The translations under genes were made by a program, and so were the position numbers. A stretch of DNA of 63,701 nt, filler included, from Choristocarpus tenellus KU-1152 (lineage: Eukaryota > Protista > Phaeophyceae): assembly GCA_964200185.2 (NCBI GenBank). It is 11 parts of 11 records of this genome, joined end to end, with 100 filler letters (N's around TTAATTAATTAA, not from the genome) between each part and the next. Parts side by side here need not be neighbours in the genome. Positions count along the whole stretch, not along the records: positions 1 to 3,479 come from CAXNAD020019754.1; positions 3,580 to 9,603 come from CAXNAD020009140.1; positions 9,704 to 12,239 come from CAXNAD020026968.1; positions 12,340 to 21,641 come from CAXNAD020003798.1; 7 more parts are not named here. The stretch is one strand, 5' to 3'. Position 1 is the first letter of the stretch. Every line of letters begins with the position of its first letter. The notes under the pieces are model-generated. The model searched no databases and was not told the origin of the DNA. It was given only the letters and a program-made list of their open reading frames with translations. This document shows, one piece after another, positions 1 to 12,395 of the stretch.

Positions 1-511
1 ATGGTGGGTGAGAAGTAGTCAGAAATTGAAGGAAATTGGATGCATACGGAGTATCATGCTCATAATTGCTCTGGAGTACTCAATAGATAGATCAATATGG
101 ATAGCAAACACTACTAAGAACTAGAGGTTCGTACTCGGCCAAACACTGATTTTACCCATGCAAACCTCCTAACGTGGGAAGATGAGGAGGAACCTCTGGG
201 CCTAATTTTGGGATGGCTTAATGCAGTGGATTTGTGATTGGAGGATGCCCAGTATCGACTATGAGCACCTTCGCATGCATTTCTTTATTTTTTTACATAT
301 CTCTTCTCACTAGAATACACTAAGAAAAAGGACGCCCTTTGACTGAGACAAACAAGAGATCCTTCAAGCAGGTGAGCTCTGATGAAACCAGTTTGGTGCC
401 TTGAGCTGCAGTTCCCCTGAGCACCTGCTAGGTTGTTGCTCGAGGAGGCCCAGTGGATCTGCCCCTGGTCCTGCTCAACGTCTTCCTTTGCAGTAATATG
501 CAAATACCCTA

Positions 512-770
512 TTGTTGAAGTATCTTGGAGGGTACAAGTGTTTACCTGTTTGTCCATTTGAGGCTTGACTTCCCACCGATTTTTAATGACATTTAACCTA
601 CTCCAAAATGTTTCGGAGCAGGTTAAACGTATACGTTATGAAAAGGTGTATCCGGAACATGGACATTGACACTTTCTAACAAAAACGAAAACCAAAATTA
701 CATCAAAATCGCAGCATTGGATTTTGGGCCCCAAATGGACGCGGCTCTACCCAGTAAGATACTTTGACTC
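512..770 (-). mobile_element. MITE family 1 copy (~260 bp, TIR GAGTCAAAGTATCTTAGAGGGTA), intronic
   Basis: Reverse-complement match to the copies at 18397, 20649, 21394 and 58234; ends ...CTACCCAGTAAGATACTTTGACTC; left terminus diverged. Confidence 0.85.
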
Positions 771-1018
771 TAATCCAGTTCAAGGCAACAAACAACCTCC
801 TCGAATACAATGCACCTCTGATACTCTGGAGAAAATTTACCTTGTTTGGCCCTTAGTGACTCTATACTACACATATTGATTCAACTGAGCCCTTTGCACA
901 TAGTAGTAGTATCTAAGCCCCTTACATCTACCTCCCATGCTGGGTCTCAACCTAGTCCGCTCCACCATTGTCTCTCCAAAAGCAAAGCTCTTTTCCTTTT
1001 CGCTTCTTCCACCTACAG

Positions 1019-2860
1019 CAAAGTTGACATCCTGCGAGAGGGCGGTCTACCGGTGCTGGTGGAGATGATACACAGTGCTGACGTAGAGACTGCTCACCAG
1101 GCCACAGGGGTGGTCGCTAACTTGGCTGAGGTTGTGGAGAATCAAGGGAAAATGGTTGAAGCAGGTTTGTGGATAGATGGAATGGCGTACTCTTTGTAGA
1201 AGGCTTCCACTGCAGACAAGAAGGTACAGCAGTCAGGGGAAGGTAGAAATTGGCAGGGATTTGAGGGGAGAGAGTGTCCCATGAATGTCGTGCCACTCTC
1301 AACATACCTGAATGGGATTCACCTTGTATCTGTTGCTATGCTGTTGGTTGCAGAGTTTTTACAATGCAAAAGTCTTTTACCTGCGGTTTTGTGGAGTTGT
1401 GTTTCCCATGCTCCATCCTATGCTACGGCTACATAGTTTGTAATGGTGTGAAGAAAGAAATAATATATATTATAGTGCCATAATAATAATAAATACATAT
1501 TTTTTTATTGCGCCCTCCCTGTAGTCTCTTGAGCATTACTGTCCTTCTTCACTGAACCTCACTTCCATGCTTCTTTCATGTTTATCTCCTTTCACCTTCC
1601 CACCTCCAGCATATCCACCAAACTACTCATAACACACACACACACCTCGCTTCCATGATGCTGCCTGCATTGTAGGCATTCTTCATCACCTCAAGTTTGT
1701 CATGCGAAGCAAGTCTGTTGATGTCCAGCGTGAGGCAGTGAGGGGTGTGGCCAACATCAGTGCCGAATATGCATATACAGCTGTCATTGCTGGTGCTGGG
1801 GCCATCGTCCCCCTTGTAGCCATGCTCAGCAGTCCAGACTTCCTTTGCCAACGGTGAGTGCTGGGCTGTTCAAGACCAAAGGGTGTGGGGATTGGGGTGA
1901 CTCAGGGGTTTTTAGTGTTTCAACAGTGGGCAGCAGGGGGGTAAGGCATTTGGATACTTCACTGTGGCAATGAGATGGTTCATCTGGGACAGGGAAGTTG
2001 CTTGTTTTCATGCAGATAAAAATATATTTATATTTATAACTCCTTTTGAGATGAATGAGAGTTGGGGTGAGACGAGATGAGTACCCCCTGGAATGACAAA
2101 ATAAAAGACAAGAGAAGACCAGGGTTGTGCAACAAAGATTAGTATGGAATGGTGGAAGAAGCTCTATCCGATAAAATTCTTGTCCCTTCCCTTACCTCCC
2201 AGATGACGAATGGGAAATTCCGCCCTCCATGGTGATGGTTGGTAGTCCGAAAAATGGGAAAAAGAGGATTTCTCCCAAACTTTAACTCTATCAATAAATC
2301 CACCCTGGCTTTCCCTTCAGTCTCCTCTTTTGCCTCCAACTAAATTTCATTAGATATTATCAAAGCCACCACCAGTACCGATTCCCCCCTTCAGTCTATT
2401 GTTGCACTCACCCCTGCCCTTTCAATGAACTCTTTTCCCCACCCAGTGTACTCAAACAGTATCCATTCCTTCCCTTCCCCCTCACATTCTCAGATATGCT
2501 GCAATGGGCGCGGGAAACCTCGCAACAAATCTTAACAACCAGGAAAAGATCCTTCATGAGGGTGCCCTCCAGCCCCTTATCTCTCTCGCCAAGAGGGACA
2601 ATGGTGACCTTGAGTCCCAGCGCTATGCTGTGTTTGCCCTGACCAATGTCGCAGCCACCCGGAGCAACCATGCCCGCCTTGTGGATGCCGGAGTGTGCGA
2701 GCTTGCATCGTCCCTCATGGAGGCAGATGATGTTGAGATAAGGAACAGCAGTGCCTTTTGTGTGGCCAACTTCGCCTCCAACCCTGACAACCATGCGACA
2801 CTCATGGATGAGGCAGTACTGGGGCCGCTGGTCAATCTGATTGCCTCATCAGACGTGCAG
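1019..2860 (+). CDS. Armadillo-repeat protein (Vac8-like), internal fragment; exons 1019-1164, 1676-1853, 2494-2860
   Basis: Three GT-AG exons join in phase: KVDILREGGLPVLVEMIHSADVETAHQATGVVANLAEVVENQGKMVEAG|ILHHLKFVMRSKSVDVQREAVRGVANISAEYAYTAVIAGAGAIVPLVAMLSSPDFLCQR|YAAMGAGNLATNLNNQEKILHEGALQPLISL... These are consecutive ~41-aa ARM repeats. Both ends lie outside the recognised exons. Confidence 0.9.
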
Positions 2861-3479
2861 GTGTGGTGGATATAGTTGCCAAGAAAATACGTTCGGAGGA
2901 GGAGAGGGGGGGCCCCAGTAGGAGGATAAGTGGGGAAGGGCGATATTGATATTAATCGAGAATATTCATTGAGAACAAAAGCCAAGAGTGAGGAGAAGGG
3001 GGTGGAATAGTCTGGATGGACATTGTGTGGGATAAACAATCGGTGTCTCTGAGACATAGTGGGTTTGGGGACAGGGAGAAAAGGAGTTGAGGTGGGGAGC
3101 TTAGAAGTGTGTGAGGTATCTCACAGCCAGGGTGTGAAGGTGCAGTGGTGAAGTCGTCAGGAATGGTTTTTCTGCTGTCTTGTTCAGCTCAGTATTGCAA
3201 ATGGTGTAAAAACGTATTGCTTAACCTGCATTCACTGTACACCCTCTCATCAAACCAAGTAGTTAATGTGCACTGATGTTGGCCTCCCAAGGCAGCAGCA
3301 TATCAGTGGTTTGCCAGCTTGTTTGTTGAAGTTGATGATAATAATTTTTATTATTATTTTCAAAAAGTATTTTTTTTTCCATGTTCGCCCAGCCCCTATG
3401 GAAAAACACTTGACTACCTGCCACCATGCCATTTGATTTTTTTCCCCCCCAAACAACGACAAACAGGAACCCCCCCCCC

Positions 3480-3579
3480 NNNNNNNNNNNNNNNNNNNNN
3501 NNNNNNNNNNNNNNNNNNNNNNNTTAATTAATTAANNNNNNNNNNNNNNNNNNNNNNNNNNNNNNNNNNNNNNNNNNNN
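3480..3579. other. Artificial contig linker (N44-TTAATTAATTAA-N44)
   Basis: Identical 100-nt spacer with stops in all six frames, occurring 10 times. Confidence 0.98.
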
Positions 3580-3582
3580 GGT

Positions 3583-3617
<35 letters not shown>

Positions 3618-4454
3618 GAGGGGAGGTGGGTTAGACTGCAGAAGCTGTTTTTATCACAATGTGCTCTTTTGTGGGGCTTTGTTATTTCTGAACTTTGGAT
3701 GTAGGACTTCCTGTGACAGTACACTCTGATACTGCAATAGATTTGTTACTGTTCTTACCACGGCATGCGTCATCCAAGCAGTTTTGGGTACAACACGAGC
3801 CACTTCAGAGGGTGCAAGTTGCAATGCAATTATTTAAGAACCCCTAGTGCATGTTGTGCTTGAAGTTGGTCCAATACAATATATGTGGCACCTCTGCATA
3901 TCCTGTGCAGGTGTTTATGCTTGCACCAGTGTTGTACTGTCAGAGTTCAAAAAGCCTGCGGGAGTCGGGATGTAATACTCCAATTGAATGCTCATGAACT
4001 CCGCACAAGTGAAAAAAAATTGGATACCTGCTTGCGTATTTTAGTCGGCGTGTTGTTTGGATTATCAGTATTGATAGCAAGATTTATTGTCCCCTTGCTG
4101 TAGAGCATACCCGTGTTAGAGATGTAGAAATCACTGCTATCACTGCATGCTTGAGAATTCTGCTCTTGGTCCTCAAGCTATGGTTGGTATGGATACTACT
4201 GCTGTCCTGTGTATATTGGGGATGCCTAATGTGCATCTGTACCTGACAATGTGTATGATGGGTACGATTCATACGGTAGTACTGTCGTAGTTTTCAAGGC
4301 CTCATGTGACCACCTCTGTGACTGTTTCATGCTAGATTTTATTCGCCTCTTCCGAATCACCCCTCCCTTCTTGATTATCACTTGTCCCTGATCCTTTTCT
4401 TCCAACCTTGTGATGGCCTCCCCCTCCCCTGTGTCCCCTGCCACGTCTGTGAAG

Positions 4455-6059
4455 GTGTTGGGTTTTCCTGGATCAATGATTGGTCTTATCCTCTCATACA
4501 TGGGGTTGTTGTCTGCGCTGACTAATGCCTTCCTGATTGGCAAGCTCACCAAGCGTTTCAAGGACCGCCAGCTCATGATCGGAGGCCTGCTGGCACAGGT
4601 GACGATACTCTATTGCCAACTATTCGGTGTGGTGAGGGAGCTTGTTCATGAGGTCCAACAGATTATCAGAGCATGAAATAGACTGCTTAATATGACGCAT
4701 TGGTTTGCTCTACTGTGAATCCTCACCCCCTTCCCATTGTGCGGTTACATTTTAGAGAAAAGATTCCTTCTTATGGACCTTAGTGCATTCTGCTGTGAAG
4801 TCGTTTGCTATTTATACATAGCATCACCGTGTTCCAGTAATTCTTGATGTAGAGTGTCAGTGTGGACTTAGGTGGCTCAACCCTCCCTGATATGTGCTGC
4901 CTCAGGGAATAGCCAATCAAAGGTACCGCACAAAACAGTAGCGGGCCCATTCATACACACACACACACACACACATATATGTGTGTGTGTGTGTATACCA
5001 GAGATACTGATCACCTGTACAATTTTTTGTGCAGCTTGAGGTTCATCCACTATCCGGCCTCTTGTCTCCTCGGTCTTTGTACTTGCAACAGTTGAAGTAT
5101 TAACCGTGGTGTAATTATCTTGTGATGGTTCTTGTTTCTCAGGCAAGTGGGTGGATCATGTGGTCGTCCGTTGTGAGCTTTCCTTCTATCCTGGTTGCCC
5201 TGGGTGTGGTGAGTGTCGGGGGGAATGTCTTCCAGATGATCAACAAAGCAGCTGTGGCACACCTTGCTCCACCAGATCTTGTAGGGACTGTCATGGGAAT
5301 GTCAGGTTTGTGGGGCTCCTTGGTATGCATTTGGGAAGGGTGTTTAGATTATGTGGTTACCCTTGTTGTGAAGCGACCAAATGTTGGTAAAGCAGACATT
5401 GACGTATGTACTGGCATGTTTGATGGTTCTAGATTTCAGTGCGACTAAGAGCAAATCAAGCACATTATCTCATTGGCTTTGCGCACCTTGGTTCGCATGA
5501 AACCTATATAGTGCCTGCGTGCTTTGTAGGGAGCACGTGTAGACATTAATGACACTCTGCTCTAATGTATGTCATTCTCCACCACCTGCTTTCGGCCAGA
5601 TTGTAACACTTGGGAATAATGCTGAAGTTCACGAAGCAGTGCAGTGCAAAGATGCCTCGCTCTGATTTATTGTATTTCCCAGAAGCTCTTGCTGAAAAGG
5701 TCATCGAACGTCCCCTTTCCCCTAACCTTGACATGTAATACTTCCCCACCTTTCCCTTCTCCCTTTTACTCCTCCTCCCTTCCCCCCCCCAAAAAAATGC
5801 AGGTGCATTGGACACCTTTGGGCGTGCAGCAGGAGGACCTCTCTCTGGCTACATCTACGATGCATGCGGACCTAGTGGACTGCCTTTAGTGTGTGCGGCC
5901 CTCACAACCTATGTAGCATCTGTGCTGGGTGCAAGGGGATTAGGAAATAACAACCAAGATGAAGTTAAGATTGATGGGGCAATCACTGAGACCACGATGG
6001 GTACTGAGGGAGGGGTGAAGGCAGGGACAGTTGCTGGGTGTAAGGTTAAGTCAGGTTGA
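4455..6059 (+). CDS. Major facilitator superfamily transporter (DHA1/TetA-like), 3' part; exons 4455-4598, 5143-5305, 5803-6059
   Basis: Phase-consistent exons encode hydrophobic helices with MFS loop motifs: LIGKLTKRFKDRQLMIGGLLAQ|ASGWIMW...AHLAPPDLVGTVMGMSG|ALDTFGRAAGGPLSGYIYD..., ending in TGA at 6059. Confidence 0.85.
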
Positions 6060-8490
6060 CTTACGGTCATGGTACGTGATGCTTGGCTTGTGATTGCTGT
6101 GGCGCAGCTTGAATTGTAGAGTCTTCCATTACATGGATGTGGGTCAGGTTTCCCCTGTAAGGGTTTACTCACATGTGTGCATGCATCTCATGCATGTCTG
6201 TGTGTTGTGTGAGCTGGTATGTAAGTTAGGAGATGTGGTAGGGTGTTTGCGAACAGATGTTGTGACTTTGGTAATGTGCTGTATGGTGTATTTATCAAGT
6301 ACTTTGTTGTGGTTTCATTTGCTTTTGGGGATGAAAAAGTCTCAAGCAGGGTGGCAAAGCAATCAAGCTGGGGTGATGCGAGCAAGAGGAAGGTGCTCGG
6401 AAGTTTTGTGATATAGTCTGTGCGTCAACTTGAGCACCTGCCCCACCTCCTGTTTACATTTTGAAGAGCGTGCGGAGTGCTCATAGAGTATGAAACTGCC
6501 ATGTTTTGATGTATTGAAAGATGAGTAGCGATCTAATCGACTTGATGTCTGTGCCTGAGAGGAAGATTGCTGCAGCATGGAAGAGGTGATATCACACAAC
6601 AATGGATTGGCATCGAAAGGGAGATAAAAGACTAGGAATAGACCATTTTTACTGTGCCCAGGAACCAGGAGATTGTTAGAAAGTGCCTGAACTTTTAAGA
6701 AATGGTTTTGTGCGTATTGGACACAAAATACGTACAAGACTAAACTGGCAAGGACTTTGTATGTGCCAAGTATGTTGTATGTTTGGATCACAGCAGTACC
6801 AGTTCCTGCTCCTTGCGGAACTATTCACGTTTCAAGTTGTATCTGATCTATTTTGTAGCTCCTTGTAGAAGAAATAAAATCTGACGCAGAGAATGTTCGG
6901 CAATTCCCCTCTCTCCTGAAACACTCGAAAATAAAGGGAGAATTGCCTGGTTACAATTAAGAGTCGACGATTTTTTAGAATAAGCGTTAAGGAATTTGAG
7001 AGGAAAGAGTACTATTGGATTCTGTACAGTCTGATTGAAAACTTGATAAAATGGATATCTTTTTCGTAGATGATACTGATGTTTTCTGTCATGGGGGTCG
7101 TGGGATCACACCTGACTTCCAATCATGTTTTTGTTTCACATAAATTAGTCTGGGTGGACCATGGATAAGTGCATAGGGGGGGTATATATGTACGTTACTT
7201 TCTTGCTGAAAAATGCATAAAAAACAAAGAAAAACGCACAGGAAAGCTGGATGGGTGGCAAATTTTCGTTTTCTATGGGACAAGTAGTGCATTTGAGAGA
7301 GGAGGGCGGATGAGTTGGTGGGATGGTCTAATCTCATAATGGCGACACAAGCCGGGATCTATTGACGATATCTTACCATATACTCCGAAGTAGGTGATAT
7401 GTGTCATAACGTACAATATCCTAATAGTAGTCATTAAGGAGCATGTTCCGAACATCTCTAAATGTCCCTAAACCTACCTCTTGAGAAGGATGTGGATTAT
7501 AACAAGATAAGGGTTTGCATATTAGTTGCAACCTTTTAAAAACGATGGATGAAGAGGGTGCATGTACAATAGGCCAAACCAAAATGATAGGGTGAGATAA
7601 AGGCGTCGTCTTGGTGGGTGAAATTTCTTGGGAGATGCTGGTGGTGATGTGTTCTACCTACAGCATTTTATAACATTCGATATCTACCTCATCAGATTAG
7701 ATGAATGTGAGTTTGAACATCTCAGCAGGAAAGTAAGCTGTGGATCATACTTCAGAGATGCAATAGTAGTAATAATAGTCTCTACTATTTCTCCACTGCA
7801 CTGCCTCCTCTGTTTGGAATTAAATGTAACATGACTTTTGCAAGCTCTGTTCTTGCCTGGGAACAACCCACGATAAACCCTCTGGACGAGGCTTAGTTCC
7901 CATACAGATTGGGAGGCGTACAAAGTTTGGGATTGTGGACTGTCATGACTGTGGAGGATCACCAGTGCAAAGTCAACCAAGTCGCATTTGACTTTGTTCA
8001 AAATCCTCGCGAAACTGACAAACCTGGTGTCTACTATTATTGTAAGAAAAAATGATATCTTCGAATTTGTACAAGGAACACATTTCTCTGTAACTGCTGA
8101 ATCGAAAAGTTGTCAGGAAAAAAATATTGAAAGGTGGAACCCATATTTTTTTGGGGGGTTCTGTCCATCCTGACAAGGTTCGCAATTGACGGTAAAAAGA
8201 ATATGCAAGGAAATCAGACATGTTTTGATGTTGCATATGCATCACGCCCTGTACACTGGAAATTGGATGATGAAACATCTTTGTGTGGTGCATGTCTCGC
8301 CTTGGGCAAGCATTTCAGCTGCACGTATGGCTCAACCTCCTCCCAAGTTAGCTCCAAGACCCTGAAATCCTCCTCAATCGTCACCATGTTGTGTTTAGTA
8401 TGTATTATTATACCCTTTGGTATTGTTAGGGGAGTTTGGTTTAGTTGGTGGTACGGTATGACTAAGAAAAACCGTTGTTGACTGTGTAAG

Positions 8491-9603
8491 ACTTCTTTAG
8501 GGATTTTTCTGACATGTGAATATTTTTTCCTTGGTTTTTCCCCTTACACATCTGGAAAATGTCAGAGAGGATAATAACCAACTATGCAAGGGGATGGGCA
8601 TCCCTTGCACTACGGAGGATGGTAGCCCTTTCACAGTCGACAGGAATTTCTGCATGGATCTAGTCTTCCATGCAGGGGCCCTCGCAGATCCAGGATCAGC
8701 CCCCTACCGGGACAAAAGACTTCCACTCGATGTTAGATTCGTGGAAGTACAGGCAACCTCCCACCTCCCATACTCATCCAACAGCAATGGTGCAGCTGCT
8801 GCTGTAGCTGAGGCACGAAAGCACACCCACTACGAGGAATCTTTTTACACCCGTAGTTATAAATAACCTCAGCGCCTTGGTGGGCACCTCGGCAAGCAAG
8901 CGGGACGTTTCCTGGATGAGCTAGCTACACACGAGGTAGGGGGGAGAAGAATGGGAGGCTACAACAGAAATGGTGCCGTCAAATCCCACCTACGCCAGAT
9001 TGTCTCAGCCACAACGCAAGTAGCCCTATCTAGACGGGTCATGTGTTATAAGCTGGAGTCACCAGAGAGATGGAGAAGGAGGGGTTTATTAGATTCGTGG
9101 GATGCTTCCCTAGCTCCTCAACTTGAGGTCAGGAATAGGTTTGAGATACAAGAAGGCAGTAGTACAACATAGATACGTAGTAGTAAAAAGGAAATGGATC
9201 TACGTTTTTCACTTTTGTGACAACTGTTACTTCTTTAGGGAATTTTCAGACATGTGAATAGTTTTCATTAGTTTTTCCTCTGGCACATCAGAAAAATGTC
9301 AGAGGGCATAAAGATAAAACAATAAGGGCCTTCTAAATGAGGCACACCAAGGGAGGGAAAGCTCCTCATTAGCCCTAGCGTGCCATCGGAGCCAGCGTGG
9401 AAAAGGGGCAAACGCCTGGGCCGCAACTAAACCTCTGGAACCAGCATGCCAGATCCCCCCTCTGGAATTCAAGCTCACAGCCAGCAGATCCCGAGGGAGG
9501 GAGGAGGTCCTATCGAACAGGTGCCCAGTGGCAGGGTGTAGAAGGCAAAATGTTGATACCAGACATGCCCGTACCTGCCCCAGGGCAGGGGGACAGGTAC
9601 GAC
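8491..9603 (+). mobile_element. Tandem 5'-truncated non-LTR retrotransposons with restriction-like endonuclease (CRE/RLE-type), decayed
   Basis: Copy A (8578-9170): EDGSPF..CMDLVF...LDVRF...GAAAAVAEARKHTHY, then after a stop/frameshift LGKQAGRFLDELA...LRQIVSATTQVALSRRV (RLE domain). Copy B (9312-9603): HRSQRGKGANAWAATKP...EFKL...CPVAGCRRQNVDTRHARTC (CCHC knuckle that precedes RLE). Each copy is preceded by a homologous ~85-bp unit (8491-8577, 9229-9311). Confidence 0.8.
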
Positions 9604-9703
9604 NNNNNNNNNNNNNNNNNNNNNNNNNNNNNNNNNNNNNNNNNNNNTTAATTAATTAANNNNNNNNNNNNNNNNNNNNNNNNNNNNNNNNNNNNNNNNN
9701 NNN
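9604..9703. other. Artificial contig linker
   Basis: N44-TTAATTAATTAA-N44. Confidence 0.98.
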
Positions 9704-9741
9704 ATAAATAAAGAAAAGACCAAGCGGGAGAAGCAGGTCTA

Positions 9742-9778
<37 letters not shown>

Positions 9779-10978
9779 ATGACAACCCAAAAAATACATG
9801 AGAGAGGCAGAAGGGGAAAGGGGCTGAAGTCGATGGAATAGACGCACTTGACTGAACAACAGTAAGCATGTATGTTAGTATATACTTCCTCTGTTCAGCA
9901 TTAGATTGAACAGTTTGAGTCGATGAGGAAAAAGACTAGATCGGGAAGAGATTTCCTGTGACTCCGCAGCAGGAAGCACAGAATACGTAGATTAGGTCGT
10001 ATATCGCTTGAGATTTTATGGGAACCTCGTAGTAGGATATTGCAAGACTCTAAAAAAAAATAGTAAAAATCCGATACCACAACGTGGAGTAATTGCTGAG
10101 AGGCGTCAACCAACAACAGTTTCAACTTCAAAAGAGCTGCACTTGCCCCAATACATTAGTCCAGAGACAAATGAACATGGGGTGGTGTTGGGTGCTGACG
10201 TTTCTGACGTTTCTGACGTTTCTGAACTTCTTTTAAGGACTTTTTTTCACCGTCAAATTTTAAAATATTTTTAATGTTTTTGTTCTCTTTGCAGAAGCAA
10301 GTTGTGCTTATCGACGTCATATCTTTCAAATACCTAGATCTCTTTTAAAAAAACGAAGTTGAACAACCTCAGTTTAACAAGAAAAATCAAAACAGTCGTG
10401 GCAACGCCCATCTCGACTATACTTCAGACCTGACAACAGTTACAAATATGTACTGCTTCACACCTACAGCAATAAATTCCAAAACAATGACACTAGAGCC
10501 AGTCACATGTGCCCTTTGGTCAATGGGTCTCAAAATATGAGTTGTTCAAAAATGTGACACACTGACTGGGACTTACTCCACCGCAGTCTTGTAGGAAGAG
10601 TGAAACTATACACACCACCCTATTGGCTGCTGTGACCTACTCTGGAGCCAGTAGTCCTTCCAGACGGAGAGTCTGCACAGAGGTTTTCATGCTTGTGGCA
10701 TGGCATTTTCAATGATTGAATGCGTGCTCCACTTTTATATTTTAAATGGATTGGCGAGCCTTCAACGAATCCCTTGGAGCTACACAATCTATGCCGAGAT
10801 TTAGGTACTCCAAAGCAATACTTTTGAACAAAAAGAAGAAGTGGGGAGGCCATCTAGCTCACAATGAGCCAATGAGATACTCTCACTCTGCACACAAAAA
10901 AATACATCAATTAGGCCAATGAAACATCAGGAAAAGTCACGCACCTCACACGTCAGTCAATGCAACGCATTCCCTCCA

Positions 10979-11138
10979 CACAAAAACTCAACATTTGAAC
11001 CTCAAGAAAAAGTGGTACAAATTACAGTCATCCAATAGGACACCATTCACTCGCACAAAAACTCAACATTTGGACCTCAAGAAAAAAGTTGTACAGATTA
11101 CAGTCATCCAATAGGACACCATTCACTCTGCACAAAAA
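10979..11138. repeat. ~75-bp tandem duplication (2 copies plus the start of a third)
   Basis: CACAAAAACTCAACATTTG..CCTCAAGAAAAA..TACA.ATTACAGTCATCCAATAGGACACCATTCACTC starts at 10979 and again at 11054. Confidence 0.9.
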
Positions 11139-11357
11139 GCAATGCACAGGCCGAGAAAAGGTCATGTACCTCAAATTGTCCAATGGGATGCATTCGCTCT
11201 GTAGCATCCTCAGTAGTGTATGGCACAACTCTGATGGCGGCAAAAAGACAATAAAAAAATCAACTCTGCAAAGGATGTTTCGTTGGGAACAAGAGTACTT
11301 CTGCATAGGAGAAAAAGATGTGTACACATGCAAACACCACTATGTTCATAATTTTAC

Positions 11358-11681
11358 CTGAGATTGTCTCATAGCAAGCTTTTTCTGGTCATCAGCCTGC
11401 TCACTGAGCTGTTTTACAACCTCCTCGTCCTGCGCCATTTCCACCTTGAAAGGTTTAAACAAAGAAAGAAACAATCAAATAAACAATAAAAAACAGTCAA
11501 ATAAACAATCAAATATTATATATATACACACATATGTATGTATGTATGTGTGTGTATGTATGTTTTCTCTACCACTCACTGCACCTTGATCTGCACCAGC
11601 TTGCGTTCGAGGACCTGAATCTCCCTGGTAACTTCACAAAGCCTGCCGCTCGACTCAGAGTCCGCAAAATCCTTTCTGGCC
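11358..11681 (-). CDS. Coiled-coil protein fragment (possibly RAD50/SMC-like); exons 11681-11585, 11444-11358
   Basis: Two GT-AG exons in phase: ARKDFADSESSGRLCEVTREIQVLERKLVQIK|VEMAQDEEVVKQLSEQADDQKKLAMRQSQ; heptad character; family assignment weak. Confidence 0.6.
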
Positions 11682-11773
11682 CTGCCTCAAGGTAACAAAA
11701 ATGCACACCCATACACATACGCATACGTGCACACACGCATGCACACCCAAAAAATAAAGAAAGAAATAAAGAA

Positions 11774-11782
11774 ATAATAATA

Positions 11783-11812
<30 letters not shown>
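11774..11812. repeat. (TAA)n microsatellite
   Basis: Visible directly. Confidence 0.9.
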
Positions 11813-11814
<2 letters not shown>

Positions 11815-12128
11815 GAACAGTCAGCAATACATCTCAATTAATAGCAATACATGTTAAAGGTGGTAGGAAGGAGGTTCGGTGGTCAAGTGAGTGACTCAAA
11901 ATAGGGGTTCTGCAAGACAGATTAACTTCGTGTGTTTTGAGGACTTAGGGGGGAAAGGGAGGGGGAGGAGGGGGTGGGGATATGTAAAAGATGGAACTCA
12001 AGGAGAACGGTGTGATATTGGCGCATGCTGGGGGGGTAGGGGGGAGGGGCGAAGGCTATTTGGTATATTGATACTTACATATGTGGCGTCTTCATGAACG
12101 GGTACTATCAATAGAAAGAATAGAAGGA

Positions 12129-12190
<62 letters not shown>
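12129..12190. repeat. (ATT)n microsatellite
   Basis: About 20 units visible directly. Confidence 0.95.
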
Positions 12191-12193
<3 letters not shown>

Positions 12194-12199
12194 GTAACA

Positions 12200-12239
12200 G
12201 ACCCAAAGTATCTGAGGGGGGGAGGTGGTTTGTGAGGGG
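12200..12239 (+). mobile_element. End of poly-G sister TIR family (family 2) at a contig break
   Basis: GACCCAAAGTATCTGAGGGGGGG. Confidence 0.55.
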
Positions 12240-12339
12240 NNNNNNNNNNNNNNNNNNNNNNNNNNNNNNNNNNNNNNNNNNNNTTAATTAATTAANNNNN
12301 NNNNNNNNNNNNNNNNNNNNNNNNNNNNNNNNNNNNNNN
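12240..12339. other. Artificial contig linker
   Basis: N44-TTAATTAATTAA-N44. Confidence 0.98.
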
Positions 12340-12395
12340 CCCACTCCCCAACCTCACTCCACCCTACCCCACCCGATGGTACAATAATCCCTCAC

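Noticed and set aside
3524-3535. TTAATTAATTAA palindrome as a biological motif
   Set aside because: Always centred in an identical N spacer; an assembly linker
6900-8480. Possible decayed viral or transposase coding sequence (short ORFs, hairpin GGCAATTC..GAATTGCC near 6900-6947)
   Set aside because: No recognisable motif or continuous frame; cannot be supported without a search
10194-10226. (TTTCTGACG)-type 10-bp triplication as a TGACG regulatory array (similar short duplications at 37356-37398, 42136-42165, 45795-45840)
   Set aside because: Simple slippage-type duplications with no positional evidence for function
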